Sequence record: MK308675.1
Strand: one strand, 5' to 3'
DNA length: 64,000 nucleotides
A program made the translations under genes and the position numbers. Shown piece by piece: positions 38,095-48,841 of this stretch (its first letter is position 1; the number at the start of each line of letters is the position of its first letter). The notes under the pieces are model-generated. The model was not told the origin of the DNA, made no database searches, and worked only from the letters and a program-made list of their open reading frames with translations.

Positions 38095-38126
38095 TATACT
38101 CTCTGGCCGCAAAGCCAGAGAGTATA
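38095..38126. terminator. bidirectional terminator
   Basis: TATACTCTCTGGC-CGCAAA-GCCAGAGAGTATA (13-bp stem). Confidence 0.8.
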
Positions 38127-38135
38127 ATATTCTTT

Positions 38136-39374
38136 TTATGCGAACGAATAGATTTCTAAAACGTGTGCGTCTTTATACCCTTCTTTAGGGCGACTGTAGC
38201 CTTGCTCAGCAAAAGCATTCAGTTTAGGTAAAGGCACAACTTCATAAGTCCACGTAGGTCGTCTATTGTCGCCTGTGATGATTTGGACTTCATGTTCGTT
38301 GTAGTCGTTGATTGCAGCATTGGCCATTAACATGTCATCGAAGAACACAATGCCTTTCGGTGCACGATAATGGTAGTAGGTGCGATACAAAGCATTTTTA
38401 CCTAGAGGCTCACGCATGAACGCAAGGTCCGTATTCTTAACCAGCACGATAAAACTATTGTTGTCCACCAGATACTGTTTAGAATCGAAAGTAGAAACGT
38501 TTACGCCATTCCCTTGTAGGTTGGCTGGACTAATCCAACTACGGGTGTGCTCTGGTTTACGAGCCGCACGCTGCATTGCTAAGTAATGGTCCACTTCTAG
38601 AAGAATCTTATCTCGGTCTACAATCTCGTACGAGCCATCGTCTATAGTGTGAAGGTAGCCATCTAGCACTAACAGCGGAACGCAGCCGGACATGTCCTTA
38701 CCAGCATTGATAACCATGCGAGTAACATGGCGCTGTTGGTCATTAAGCGTTCTCGTAACTTCAGTCACAGAACTCTCTTCAATGTTGATGGTTTCAATGC
38801 CGCCAATCTCGGAGAAGTCGATAAGGTTAATGAGTTGGTCTTCTTCCACTTTAAAGCGCTCGTAAGCGCCCAGGATGTACAAGTACTCGCCTTGTAATGT
38901 CATTGGGTGGATAAGTCCGTTGACCATCGCTAAGGACGTCTCAGCGAGTTTAGCGGTGGCTCTCTTATCGAAAGAAGGATAACCCGTCTTAAACTTGATG
39001 TCTGTTTCCGCACCTTCTGGAATAGGGTTGCCTGCACCATAAAGAACATTAGCGCGGGTTACTTCTGAAGCAACGTCATAGACGTCGAAGACAGAAACGA
39101 CATTTGAGTCACGCAAGCCATTAGCTTTAGTGGTGAGCTGTAAAGCGTCCTCACTTAAAGTTTGTACCCAAGCCGAAAGCGTTAGGGTAGTGTCGGAGCT
39201 TACCATCAAACTGCGATTAACACTGACGTAGAAATCTCTTTCGTACTCGCCATTCCAGTCTACGGTAAAGCGCCCGTTTTGTAGTTTCAGAACTTCGTTA
39301 AGAGTCCAAGAACTAATGTCCTTTTCTTCCCAAGCGTAGTCCTGTTTAACATAGGTTGTTACAATAGTGAACAT
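38136..39374 (-). CDS. virion structural protein (tail region)
   Basis: 412-aa ORF in structural cluster; VNGLIH and PLLVLDGYLH repeated motifs. Confidence 0.55.
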   Translation of the reverse strand: MFTIVTTYVKQDYAWEEKDISSWTLNEVLKLQNGRFTVDWNGEYERDFYVSVNRSLMVSSDTTLTLSAWVQTLSEDALQLTTKANGLRDSNVVSVFDVYDVASEVTRANVLYGAGNPIPEGAETDIKFKTGYPSFDKRATAKLAETSLAMVNGLIHPMTLQGEYLYILGAYERFKVEEDQLINLIDFSEIGGIETINIEESSVTEVTRTLNDQQRHVTRMVINAGKDMSGCVPLLVLDGYLHTIDDGSYEIVDRDKILLEVDHYLAMQRAARKPEHTRSWISPANLQGNGVNVSTFDSKQYLVDNNSFIVLVKNTDLAFMREPLGKNALYRTYYHYRAPKGIVFFDDMLMANAAINDYNEHEVQIITGDNRRPTWTYEVVPLPKLNAFAEQGYSRPKEGYKDAHVLEIYSFA

Positions 39375-39433
39375 TTCGAGTTCCTTGGGTTAATAAAACT
39401 AAGCATAGGATTCGCCACTCCGTTATCTCAGAG

Positions 39434-39552
39434 CGGGCCTAATTTTATGAGCATTCTTGCCTTCCTTATATATAAAGAGGAAGAAGCGAGACTGATAATT
39501 AGGTCCGTCTAGCACTCTGGCAATTGCGACGGCAATCGCTGGACTAAGACGG
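39434..39552 (+). promoter_or_regulatory. structured leader / candidate ncRNA element (two adjoining long hairpins)
   Basis: Hairpin 39434-39507 (11-bp basal stem CGGGCCTAATT/AATTAGGTCCG plus inner stems) and hairpin 39505-39552 (GACG tetraloop); G.U pairs favour the + strand. Confidence 0.45.
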
Positions 39553-39611
39553 GCACCATCTTTTTCGCCATTAGACTTAGCGCGCACAACCTTTTAAAAG
39601 GAGTCTTACTC

Positions 39612-40610
39612 ATGGCTTTATTACCGTTTGATGAAACCGGTAAACTCGCATCTAACTTGAAGCGAGAATCCCATACCGTTAACAGTGTAAACGTTAACTT
39701 CCATAACTTTATCCTTCCGGACTGGGCACCGTTCTTTAAGACGGGCTTTACAGTCTTCCATGTAGAGTCAGGTCGTTACCTGGACGAAGGCGTAGATTTC
39801 TTCTTCTCGCATTACTTCGAACTGGCCGATGACAAACTGGCCGATAAAGTTTATAGTTCCATTACTTTCTTTGATAAGAACATTACTGGTACATTCCAGC
39901 TATCAATGCAGTCGTTAGGCGGAGACTTTGTAGACTCTGCAACTCAGGCTTTAGAAAGTGGCTTAGATACTCTGGCAAACCTTAGTGCGGTACGCTGGGA
40001 AGATATTGTTACTCCTCCTACTTTCCCCGTGACTTCGCACGAACACGTAGTGACTGGCGTGGAAGGCGTAAACCGTCACCTAGAAGAGATGACGAAGATT
40101 CGTGAAGCAATTGAGAAGATGTGGGATGAGCTTACTCTTTCCGACATCACGGATTTCGATTCAGAGTTCCGTGCTCCGCTGCTATCTAGCTTAAGTGCCT
40201 TAACCGCAGCAATCGTTGCTGACAGTCGTCCACGTGACCTGCCGCATTACTACTCGCTGTTGTTCACCGACGACGCCTCAGGCGCAAGTGATGTGGATTT
40301 AGGCGTAGTAACTCAAGGTTCTTGGGTACAGCTACCTCTGACTATGTTAGTCGCCCAACCTGGCGAGTACAAGCTAACGCACAACATCGGTGCGGAGATT
40401 GAAGCTCCAGCCGACATTAAAGTGCTGTATCGTTGGACCTTTAACGGTGTCCCTGTTGGACGCTCAATGGCAAACGGCGCTATACACACCATCAATGCAA
40501 ATACGCAAGTTCGCTTAGAAGCGAAAGTAATTGGTGCGGATACCACTAAGTTCCTACTAGCGTCCGCTGAACATGCTTCTGGCATCGAAGGCACGTTCCT
40601 TTCAAACTAA
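39612..40610 (+). CDS. baseplate/tail-fibre attachment protein (phiKZ-type FD.TG..ASN family), paralog 1
   Basis: N-terminus LPFDETGKLASNL..E.H...ILPDWAPFF; W..I..PPTFPV..HEH motif. Confidence 0.7.
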   Translation: MALLPFDETGKLASNLKRESHTVNSVNVNFHNFILPDWAPFFKTGFTVFHVESGRYLDEGVDFFFSHYFELADDKLADKVYSSITFFDKNITGTFQLSMQSLGGDFVDSATQALESGLDTLANLSAVRWEDIVTPPTFPVTSHEHVVTGVEGVNRHLEEMTKIREAIEKMWDELTLSDITDFDSEFRAPLLSSLSALTAAIVADSRPRDLPHYYSLLFTDDASGASDVDLGVVTQGSWVQLPLTMLVAQPGEYKLTHNIGAEIEAPADIKVLYRWTFNGVPVGRSMANGAIHTINANTQVRLEAKVIGADTTKFLLASAEHASGIEGTFLSN

Positions 40611-40620
40611 GGTGATTTAA

Positions 40621-41547
40621 ATGGCTTACACAGATTATAACTTCGACCCTACAGCCGAAGCGCCTGCCAACCTCATCTCTCAAGAGGTACATGCGTTGGA
40701 CATGGCTACGTTTGTAGGCGTCATTCCTGACCAAGGTGCCTTCTTTGAAAAGGGACTGGTCGTGGAAGCACGAGCGAGTTCGTCTGACCCTTGGGTTGAA
40801 CTAACTCCTTATTTCGACTTTGTCTTCTCTCCTCCATTCGTAGATGCCGGTGCGAGAACAACCCGTAAACAGGTATTCTCTTACATCGTGTTGAATGAAG
40901 ACCGAGGCGTCTATTCCGACGTCCGTTTAACATACCAAGCAATCGGTAAGTACCGCGATTCAGAAATGTTCACTTTACTAAATGCAGCTACTTTCGACCG
41001 CAGCCTGTCTGCTGAATGGGTAGCGTTCTCGAGCTACATCGACACGATGTCGCACGTGACGCGCGAAGAGACATTGGTTGGGAAGGGTACTCTAGAAGTT
41101 CTAGCCGCAATGGTAGATAAGTGGACTGAAGCTATCCAGAACCCGCACGCTCAAGGGAAGAACCTAGGGCAAGACGTGGCTCGCTTAGAACAGAAAGTCG
41201 CCAAAGCACTAACGACAGATGCTTACGCCGAACTAACCGCACAGAATGACTTCAGTCAGGCAGTTGTTTCAGGTACAGCATACGAAGTGAAAGTTACTGA
41301 CGACGAAGTAGAGCTACATAAAGGCATGCTTCTAATCAAGTCGTCAACAGGGGATGCGTATAGCGTAGACGTACTAGGCCGTAAAGCCGGCTCTACTGTG
41401 CACTCTGCTTTATTTAGCCAGAGCCATAACAACGGGGTTTTAGGGACCGTAGCCGTCACTCGCTCTTCTGACGCAATTGTTATCCGCGTGACTCCTTCTG
41501 TCGCAGGCACCATGTACTATAAAACTGTTTCAGAAATCAGAGGCTAG
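40621..41547 (+). CDS. baseplate/tail-fibre attachment protein, paralog 2
   Basis: N-terminus YNFDPTAEAPANLISQEVH..IPDQGAFF. Confidence 0.65.
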   Translation: MAYTDYNFDPTAEAPANLISQEVHALDMATFVGVIPDQGAFFEKGLVVEARASSSDPWVELTPYFDFVFSPPFVDAGARTTRKQVFSYIVLNEDRGVYSDVRLTYQAIGKYRDSEMFTLLNAATFDRSLSAEWVAFSSYIDTMSHVTREETLVGKGTLEVLAAMVDKWTEAIQNPHAQGKNLGQDVARLEQKVAKALTTDAYAELTAQNDFSQAVVSGTAYEVKVTDDEVELHKGMLLIKSSTGDAYSVDVLGRKAGSTVHSALFSQSHNNGVLGTVAVTRSSDAIVIRVTPSVAGTMYYKTVSEIRG

Positions 41548-41552
41548 TAAAG

Positions 41553-43115
41553 ATGAATAATCTTCGTAAATACATAGGGCTAAAGTTAGCCCATTGGGGT
41601 AAGTTCGTGTTCCCTTACGGCGCGATGACCGCCCAAAGAACCACTGACGGAGAAGACGGCGCCGCATTTATCGACTCCGACTTAAACGCTTTAAGACTGC
41701 ATTTGGGCGGGACATATAAACAGCAAGCCTCGTTGGTTTATAATCCTGCGGCCATTGTCTCCGATACGAACGAAACCGTCCCAGGTATGCTCCGTGCGGT
41801 TGATACATCTGGCGGCCCTATTGTTGTAGACCTAGACCCGACTCTTCCTGCGGGCTCAATGGTGGGCTATATTGACGTTACGGGTACGTGGGCAACGAAT
41901 AAGTTTTCTCTAAGGGCAGCCGCGAATATCCAAGGCGAAGCCGTTAAGGAGTATACCACGGCGTTTGGGTCCATTCAGTTAATCAAGCATGCGACTGCCG
42001 GCTGGATTCCATTTGGTGGCGGAGTAGGTGGCGGAGAAGGAGGCTCGGGAATTGGCCTCCCGGAAGGGGAGCTGGTCCATGGTACGTCCTATACCTTAAA
42101 GGTAGGTGTCCCTGCGTTACTCGACTTAGGCAAGACCTTCACAACGACCGGGTTTAACGTTCACTTTGAAAGAACGATGGATTACACTGCGGCCGATTGG
42201 GAATATACGCTGCCGAACGTCACATCGCTCCACTTACCTGAAGTCTATAACGTGAAAGCCGACCCCACGCAATCCGGTGACGCTGTGGCCGACCCAGAAG
42301 CCGGCCACTGGAAACTACCTGCCGACCCTGGACGTGCTATCCTAAAGCACCCTACCTTAAAGAAATGGATGCTCGTCCGTTTGGATGTCGCTCAAGAGTT
42401 CTTCCTTCAGATTGACGAAGAAGAATACGACCACCCTGCGAGAGTACAGACATGGGCATCAGTCGATGCCGGTACGGGCGAAAGGACTATTCTGCCAAAC
42501 GCCGAAATAAAACTAACAGACCTGACTTTAACTCTGCCTTTACCACCAAGTGGCGCAGTGGGAGATACGGTCGCATTCTACGACATATGGAAACTCGCTT
42601 CATTCGCGAATGTGATTCTAGAGGTAGACGGCGCGCGGTCTTTAGACATGGACGGGAGAAGCTTTGCTATCGACGTCGATGGTGCCTCCGCCGAAATACA
42701 AGCCGTGCAACAGCGTGGCTGGGTAGCGGTCCGCTGGAACGTCGGCGCCGACCCGATGAATGACGAAGCCCCACATAGTAACTTAGTCGTAGGCAGCATA
42801 AGTCACGACTCTACTGACGACTACACGTCATCCAATGGTTCAATCGAGCCAACTACGGAAGGCAGTGACGTCAAAGTAATGAATATTACCGAAGCAACCA
42901 CAATTCAGCCCCCACTTTTGAAGTCAGGTCCTGTTACTTGGCTCACTTACAAAATCGTACAAGGCAACACAGCATACCCTGTGGAGTTTACTAGCGATTA
43001 CGTAATCGTTGATGGGGTAGAGGCCTCCAAGGCACCTAACTCAGTTACGTGGGCCAGAGTTCTGGTCTCGGGTGACGGTAAGTACGATGTGTGGTTGTCT
43101 TCACGTCCTTTATAA
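41553..43115 (+). CDS. tail fibre adaptor/anchor protein
   Basis: Two DTSGG..V.L P....G..V...D...(W/F)ATN-type domains; C-terminal domain resembles the 139-aa protein at 48842. Confidence 0.55.
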   Translation: MNNLRKYIGLKLAHWGKFVFPYGAMTAQRTTDGEDGAAFIDSDLNALRLHLGGTYKQQASLVYNPAAIVSDTNETVPGMLRAVDTSGGPIVVDLDPTLPAGSMVGYIDVTGTWATNKFSLRAAANIQGEAVKEYTTAFGSIQLIKHATAGWIPFGGGVGGGEGGSGIGLPEGELVHGTSYTLKVGVPALLDLGKTFTTTGFNVHFERTMDYTAADWEYTLPNVTSLHLPEVYNVKADPTQSGDAVADPEAGHWKLPADPGRAILKHPTLKKWMLVRLDVAQEFFLQIDEEEYDHPARVQTWASVDAGTGERTILPNAEIKLTDLTLTLPLPPSGAVGDTVAFYDIWKLASFANVILEVDGARSLDMDGRSFAIDVDGASAEIQAVQQRGWVAVRWNVGADPMNDEAPHSNLVVGSISHDSTDDYTSSNGSIEPTTEGSDVKVMNITEATTIQPPLLKSGPVTWLTYKIVQGNTAYPVEFTSDYVIVDGVEASKAPNSVTWARVLVSGDGKYDVWLSSRPL

Positions 43116-43125
43116 GGAGTAAGGA

Positions 43126-46100
43126 ATGAATCCCGAAGCCAAGCAAGTTGGCCATTTAGAGAGCGACGTTAAAGGTCGCTCTTTTGACCGATACAAAATA
43201 AAAGGCTCTCTGTCTTTAAACCCGCCTTTGGGCGGAGTGCAACCGCCTTTTCTAGCATATACGCAAAAGGATGGAAACCGCCAAATAGGCACTGTCTCAC
43301 TTTGGATACGTCGAAGAGGTGTGGCAAACAAGTCCCCCTCTACAACGGACGAGACTATATTTAGCCATCAGGCGTCATCGACTACGGCCTCTTACGGCGG
43401 AATGGGATTCGATTCCAGCGGCCATCTAGCCCACTTCATGTCTGACGGCACCGCTACGCAGTACGGCATGATAACGAAAGAGCGCTTTGTAGACTGTTCT
43501 CGCTTCTACCATATTGTGGTTCACTGGAATACATGGATATCGGATGCTAACCAACGCATGCGCATGTTCGTTGACGGCAAGGAAATCAAATCGTTCATTC
43601 ACTTTACCATGCCGCCGCTCGGCTACCAGGGGAAAGTGCATAATGCGGCTTATCCGTTTACCATCGGTCACGTTCCGGGACTGTCTGCTTATAATTACTT
43701 CGCTTTAAATGCCGAGATTGCAGACTTTGCCCTAGTTGATGGCCAGGCACTATTCCCGAAAGACTTTGGGCACTTTGATACCCAAGATAACTGGCGTCCA
43801 AGCTTCCCGAGCTTCGAAGGATGGGGACCTAACTCTCTGTTTTTGACCTGGGATAAACAGGCTAACGGAATGACCTCGCATGTCATTAATCGCCCTTCGC
43901 AATATGCCCCGGATGAGACCGACGATAAGAAGCCTATCTCTACGGTGCCTACGCCAGGTATTAAAGCCGACATCACCATACACAAGTCGTACAACCACAC
44001 GTCAAACCAACATATGTTCTTGCAGGACTCAGTCCGCGGAGACGGCTGGTTCACTACGTTCTCAGAAGCTACGATTAACTCGCGCTACCATGGTCGACCT
44101 GCGCCGGCACCCAATGGGGAAGATGAACACTTAAGGTTCAGCGGCTCCTTTAACTGGGAGAAACGTACGGATAATGAGCCGACATATTGGACACACTTCC
44201 TCTTTGCTACGGGACCCGAACACGGCATCAGTATCGTTCCTCACGATGGTACCGCCGCAGAAAAGAGAATTGAGCACGGTCTGGGGCGTAAGCCGGACTT
44301 AGCCATAAACGTGGTCCAGGAATCCGGAGCAAGCTACCCGATGTATACTTGGGCCAAAGGCTTTACGGATACTAACGACGATTCTCGCCTAAATCTCCAT
44401 AATGGCTCAGGGGTCTTTACAGCACCTGGAGCAGACCACTGGCGAAACTCCTTAACGGACGAAACCTATTTCGGATTCGGTAGTGGGAGCGCGAACAACA
44501 GCGCATCTGGTAGAAACTTCATCACGTATTTCTTTGCGTCCGTTCCCGGAAAGTCCCAGTACTTTAAATGGGAACATCGCGGGTCTAACACTAGGACGCG
44601 TTTTGAATGCGGTTTCCGCCCGCGCTTCTTCTTCTGGAAGACGGCAACGCCGTCGGGTGAGACTGCCGATGTCGGTGCTTGGGTGGTTGTTGACTGTCGA
44701 GACGGTACGGCTTGGGAATTCGACCGCACGCGCGGCGGATACTACTCTTACAGTGCGACTTACTTCAATCCGGCTGAGGTAGACGATACCGGTTTCTCAA
44801 TGGGCCACGACCTGGCCAGCATAGACGGCATTATCATGGCCTTCGCGGACGAGTCGGACCTAAACCGCTGTGCCAAGTCAATAATGAACGATAACCGTGT
44901 TCGGCCGATTAACTTCCATGGCACGGCGGACATCAGTGACGCAACTCCAGATAACCCAGGTGTAATCCTTAGCTGGAATAATGCTAACCGCTGGGCATCC
45001 GCAAACGGAGCAGCTCACCAGAGCCAGAGAGCCACGGAAGGCGGTTATCGCCTAGAGCTTTCACATACGCGTACCAATACCGCGGTAGGCTTAGGGCTTT
45101 CTCGCTCATTGCCGGAAAGCGGTAAGTGGTACTTTGAGGTAGATAGTTGCTATACGTTCGTTTTATGCGGCTACCAATTCATGGACGGTGCCCAGAACGG
45201 ATACGACTACTACGACTACGTCAAAGATACGCCGGGGTACGTATATGCTGGCGGCGTAAAGAACACACGCAGAAGTCACTACATTGCCTTGGATATGGAT
45301 GCGCGGACATTACATGTCACTACCTCCGACGGCAAGGTGTTCACTCTACCGGTTCCAGACGCCGACGAACGCACTACGGGCGATTATCAGTTCTTCGTAT
45401 CCTCTAACGTCGCGTCTAAAGATACGGCCTCCATCAACTTAGGGCAGCGCCCTTTTGTAAATGAGATGCCAGTGGGCTACCGTCCTCTGAACGACCTCGG
45501 CAACTATCAGGAAAACTCGATTGAGCCTGAGAAATACTTCGACAACTTCATTTACAATGGCCTGCAAGCTTGCCATCAGGACATGTCGTCTACGTGGGCT
45601 TACTGGGGCGTGAAGTCTTTTGAAATCGACGGCGAACTTTACCTAGCCCGCCGCCGCACGCACAGGATAGCGAACCCGCCGGTTGCCGCGGACTGGGTTA
45701 ACCAAGGACATGTGGAAATATGGCTCTGGAACAGACATACTAAGAAGTTCAACGAACATCATACCTTGGCCATGCCTTCGGGCGGATACGCAATAGATGT
45801 GAAGTCGATAGATGGAGAGACGTATCTTTCTGCGGGGTCACACTACAACGGCTCACACGACATCACTGGCGGAGCATACCTCTTTAGATGGAACCGGACA
45901 CACAAGAGATTCGAAACATTAGTTCGCCGCAATGAAGGTACCGGGCACATAGGAACCGAGATTTTCGACATCGATGAAGACCATTTGGGCTGGATAATGT
46001 CATCTCACCGCAACGGTACTGTCTTTGACTTGGATTCTCACTTCTTTAAAGTGGAGAAACAAACAGGCAATGTTGTAAAGGTCCAGGCTATCCATACGGC

Positions 46101-48831
46101 CGGGGCACACGGCGTATCGACTGAGGTCTTTGAGGGAGAAACGTGGGTCACTATTTCGGAGTATCGTACTGGCGCAAATGGAGCTCAACTTGGAAACATT
46201 CCGCAAAGAAGTTGGCGCTATGACCCGACCACCAGCGAGTTAGTGGCCGCCCCAGGTCTAACTACTGGACAGTATGCCGCAGTGGTACAGAATAAACTAT
46301 TCGCGCACTCGGGTAACTTATATTGCCTGGTTTCATCTCGTCATACGGCCAACGTTTGGACGGAGTATACTAGCCTGGGCATGTTTAAGCTAAATGCCGC
46401 TAAAGACGGCTGGGACCAAATCACCTCTATGGGCTCAATTGGCGCCAGCGAAGTAAGCGTACTGAAGAAAGATGACGGAGTTTACATCAGTGTCCCTTGT
46501 TATTACAACGGCACGTCAGTAGCATCCCGTCAGAACTACGTAGCGTTTAGCACGATTGCTTTCTTTAACCCGCAAACAGAGACGTTGATTTCCCACGAGA
46601 CGTGGCGTGGTGTGGCTCAGACAGGTGCCGACTTCTTTGAGGACGATGGTGACTTCTATTTGGCCACGACGTCTACTTTGGACGATAGCTACAGCGCGAC
46701 ATGGATGGGCGTGCAAAAGTTTGCCGATAAGAACTTATCTGGATTCATTACTCGGGCCCAGTTCGGCAGTGACTCAGTCTACGACTCTGTGCGCATTGAT
46801 GACGCCGACGGAGAGTACGTCCTGATGGTAGAACACGTGAAAGAATCTTCTCGCAGTCAAAGATTGTCAGACATTCAAATTCACGAGTACAACCCGACCA
46901 CAAAGAGTATATCGCGCATAGGCACGCGCTCATCTCACGGCTGTCATGCCTTGGACGCTAAGAAGATTGGCGGCAAGTGGTACCTCGCGTCGGTCAATCA
47001 TTCAAACGCCAGTACCGACACTACCGGCGGCGCCATTAACATTTATGTCTGGAATGAAACTACCAAAGACTTAGACTTCGTCATATCGTCACCCGTACAC
47101 GGCTGTATAGAGGCGAAGTGGTTCGAGTCCGACGGTAAGACATATGTTTCCATTACGTCTAATCGCAGCGGTTCGAACTATGGACAGCCACTGGGTACGT
47201 TCTTGTTCGACCCAGCGTCTGTAGGTAGCGAGCTCACAGTCAAACCGACTTTGTCGGGCTCAGGCCATTTCGGTCTAGACCTTTATGAGTTCAAAGGAGA
47301 AACCTTCGGCTTTATCGGCGGTTCAGCCGCGTCTTCTTCTGGCGGCTATCATACGGCCTTTATAAAGTGGTATCCTGACTCGGAGACTTGGGGCGTTCAT
47401 CAAAACCAAATCGCAGGTTCCAATATTCCGCATGGTTACGGTCGCTTCTTTGAAGCGAATGGACGACTGTATCTTCTTCTGGGCGCAGACCGCATCGGAG
47501 GCACACCAAACGCAACAACGGTTTGCCAGCTTTACCGTTACAGCGAAGCGACGCAGAGGATGTATTTCGTCAATGAGGTTCATGCTCCCGGAGCACGAAA
47601 CTTCAATGTCGTTGAATACGAGGGCGACATCTATGCGGCCATGGCTACGTGGGGTACGCCCGAGAGTAACAATCGCGGACTGGACCCGTATGACTGGACG
47701 GACAACCTCCTGCTTAAGTTTGATGCAGCAGACGAGACGTTCTACCTAGAAGCGGTTTATCCAGCGCACCATTCGGTTTGTCATAAGTTACACCTGATGA
47801 ACGACGGTAATCTGTTCATAGCGGCGCATAGCCACACGACGAACAATACCTTTAGTGCTCCTAACTTATGGCTACAAGTTAAGAAAGGTGCAGCGGCGAT
47901 GCAGCACAACACCTTGACGGTCCCGACCGACTTTGTCTGGCTCAAGTCGCTTTCTGGCCCTGCTAACTCACATAAGCAGTTCGCTAAGAAGGTAGGTTGG
48001 GAAAGGCAACTAACGTCCGACACGGCAGACGCGGCAAGCTTTACTAACGGCCAGCATATTTTCGGTGTCTACAAACACGGAGTTCGTTTAGCGTATTCGT
48101 CATCAGCAAACGTCGCGCGCCTAGCTTACTCGGTGTATGCCTGGAAAGCTGCCCCAGAGGCGGGCTTTGATTGTACAGTCCACGAAGGTAGTGGCGGCAC
48201 ACAGCATGCCCTCCCTTACGATATGGGCGACAAGCAAGCCACGCTCGGCATCATTAAGAGCATCGATGTTTCCGGCAACTGGATGGTTCAAGGACCTATC
48301 TTGAAATCTGTAAACAACCGAGTGCTTTACTTAAATGGTACCGGGGCCGCACAAGACAACTCATCCGACGGCTACATGTCTATGTTCTACAACGTAGGCC
48401 ACTACGTTCTCGGGAACCAGGATGTGTCTAACGACCACGTAAACCGCAATGGGCAGAAATACATGGGCCTATGGTTCCGTAGTATAGAAGGCCAGGTTAA
48501 AGTGGGTCGCTATTCGGGCACGGGCCAAGTCGATGGCGATTTCGTTCCGCTGTCATTTAGCGCCCGCTGGATAATGATAAAGAGTGAAGCGAGTTCCAAC
48601 AACTGGGCGGTCTATGACTTGAACAACGGAGCTAACGTTCGAAACGACGTGACGCACATCATCTATCCTAATCTCTCGCAGAGTATGGGAGAGCCGGTAA
48701 CGGATAAGATAGAAGTAAGTGCCGGCGGTTTCCGCCCTATCGGTGCCGGTAACATCCATAACCAAAACGGACAGCCTTATGTCTTCATCGCCATAGCGGA
48801 CGACCCGTTTGGTACATCTAACGCTTACTAA
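43126..48831 (+). CDS. large tail fibre / receptor-binding protein: LamG, beta-rich repeat, SPRY, 14 EAR/EPTP-like repeats, beta-rich repeat
   Basis: LamG TVSLWIRR...YHIVVHW..RMFVDG..IADFALVDG; SPRY SGKWYFEV; 14 repeats of about 55 aa at about 45580-47890; C-terminus YVFIAIADDPF. Confidence 0.75.
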   Translation: MNPEAKQVGHLESDVKGRSFDRYKIKGSLSLNPPLGGVQPPFLAYTQKDGNRQIGTVSLWIRRRGVANKSPSTTDETIFSHQASSTTASYGGMGFDSSGHLAHFMSDGTATQYGMITKERFVDCSRFYHIVVHWNTWISDANQRMRMFVDGKEIKSFIHFTMPPLGYQGKVHNAAYPFTIGHVPGLSAYNYFALNAEIADFALVDGQALFPKDFGHFDTQDNWRPSFPSFEGWGPNSLFLTWDKQANGMTSHVINRPSQYAPDETDDKKPISTVPTPGIKADITIHKSYNHTSNQHMFLQDSVRGDGWFTTFSEATINSRYHGRPAPAPNGEDEHLRFSGSFNWEKRTDNEPTYWTHFLFATGPEHGISIVPHDGTAAEKRIEHGLGRKPDLAINVVQESGASYPMYTWAKGFTDTNDDSRLNLHNGSGVFTAPGADHWRNSLTDETYFGFGSGSANNSASGRNFITYFFASVPGKSQYFKWEHRGSNTRTRFECGFRPRFFFWKTATPSGETADVGAWVVVDCRDGTAWEFDRTRGGYYSYSATYFNPAEVDDTGFSMGHDLASIDGIIMAFADESDLNRCAKSIMNDNRVRPINFHGTADISDATPDNPGVILSWNNANRWASANGAAHQSQRATEGGYRLELSHTRTNTAVGLGLSRSLPESGKWYFEVDSCYTFVLCGYQFMDGAQNGYDYYDYVKDTPGYVYAGGVKNTRRSHYIALDMDARTLHVTTSDGKVFTLPVPDADERTTGDYQFFVSSNVASKDTASINLGQRPFVNEMPVGYRPLNDLGNYQENSIEPEKYFDNFIYNGLQACHQDMSSTWAYWGVKSFEIDGELYLARRRTHRIANPPVAADWVNQGHVEIWLWNRHTKKFNEHHTLAMPSGGYAIDVKSIDGETYLSAGSHYNGSHDITGGAYLFRWNRTHKRFETLVRRNEGTGHIGTEIFDIDEDHLGWIMSSHRNGTVFDLDSHFFKVEKQTGNVVKVQAIHTAGAHGVSTEVFEGETWVTISEYRTGANGAQLGNIPQRSWRYDPTTSELVAAPGLTTGQYAAVVQNKLFAHSGNLYCLVSSRHTANVWTEYTSLGMFKLNAAKDGWDQITSMGSIGASEVSVLKKDDGVYISVPCYYNGTSVASRQNYVAFSTIAFFNPQTETLISHETWRGVAQTGADFFEDDGDFYLATTSTLDDSYSATWMGVQKFADKNLSGFITRAQFGSDSVYDSVRIDDADGEYVLMVEHVKESSRSQRLSDIQIHEYNPTTKSISRIGTRSSHGCHALDAKKIGGKWYLASVNHSNASTDTTGGAINIYVWNETTKDLDFVISSPVHGCIEAKWFESDGKTYVSITSNRSGSNYGQPLGTFLFDPASVGSELTVKPTLSGSGHFGLDLYEFKGETFGFIGGSAASSSGGYHTAFIKWYPDSETWGVHQNQIAGSNIPHGYGRFFEANGRLYLLLGADRIGGTPNATTVCQLYRYSEATQRMYFVNEVHAPGARNFNVVEYEGDIYAAMATWGTPESNNRGLDPYDWTDNLLLKFDAADETFYLEAVYPAHHSVCHKLHLMNDGNLFIAAHSHTTNNTFSAPNLWLQVKKGAAAMQHNTLTVPTDFVWLKSLSGPANSHKQFAKKVGWERQLTSDTADAASFTNGQHIFGVYKHGVRLAYSSSANVARLAYSVYAWKAAPEAGFDCTVHEGSGGTQHALPYDMGDKQATLGIIKSIDVSGNWMVQGPILKSVNNRVLYLNGTGAAQDNSSDGYMSMFYNVGHYVLGNQDVSNDHVNRNGQKYMGLWFRSIEGQVKVGRYSGTGQVDGDFVPLSFSARWIMIKSEASSNNWAVYDLNNGANVRNDVTHIIYPNLSQSMGEPVTDKIEVSAGGFRPIGAGNIHNQNGQPYVFIAIADDPFGTSNAY

Positions 48832-48841
48832 GGAGTAAGAA

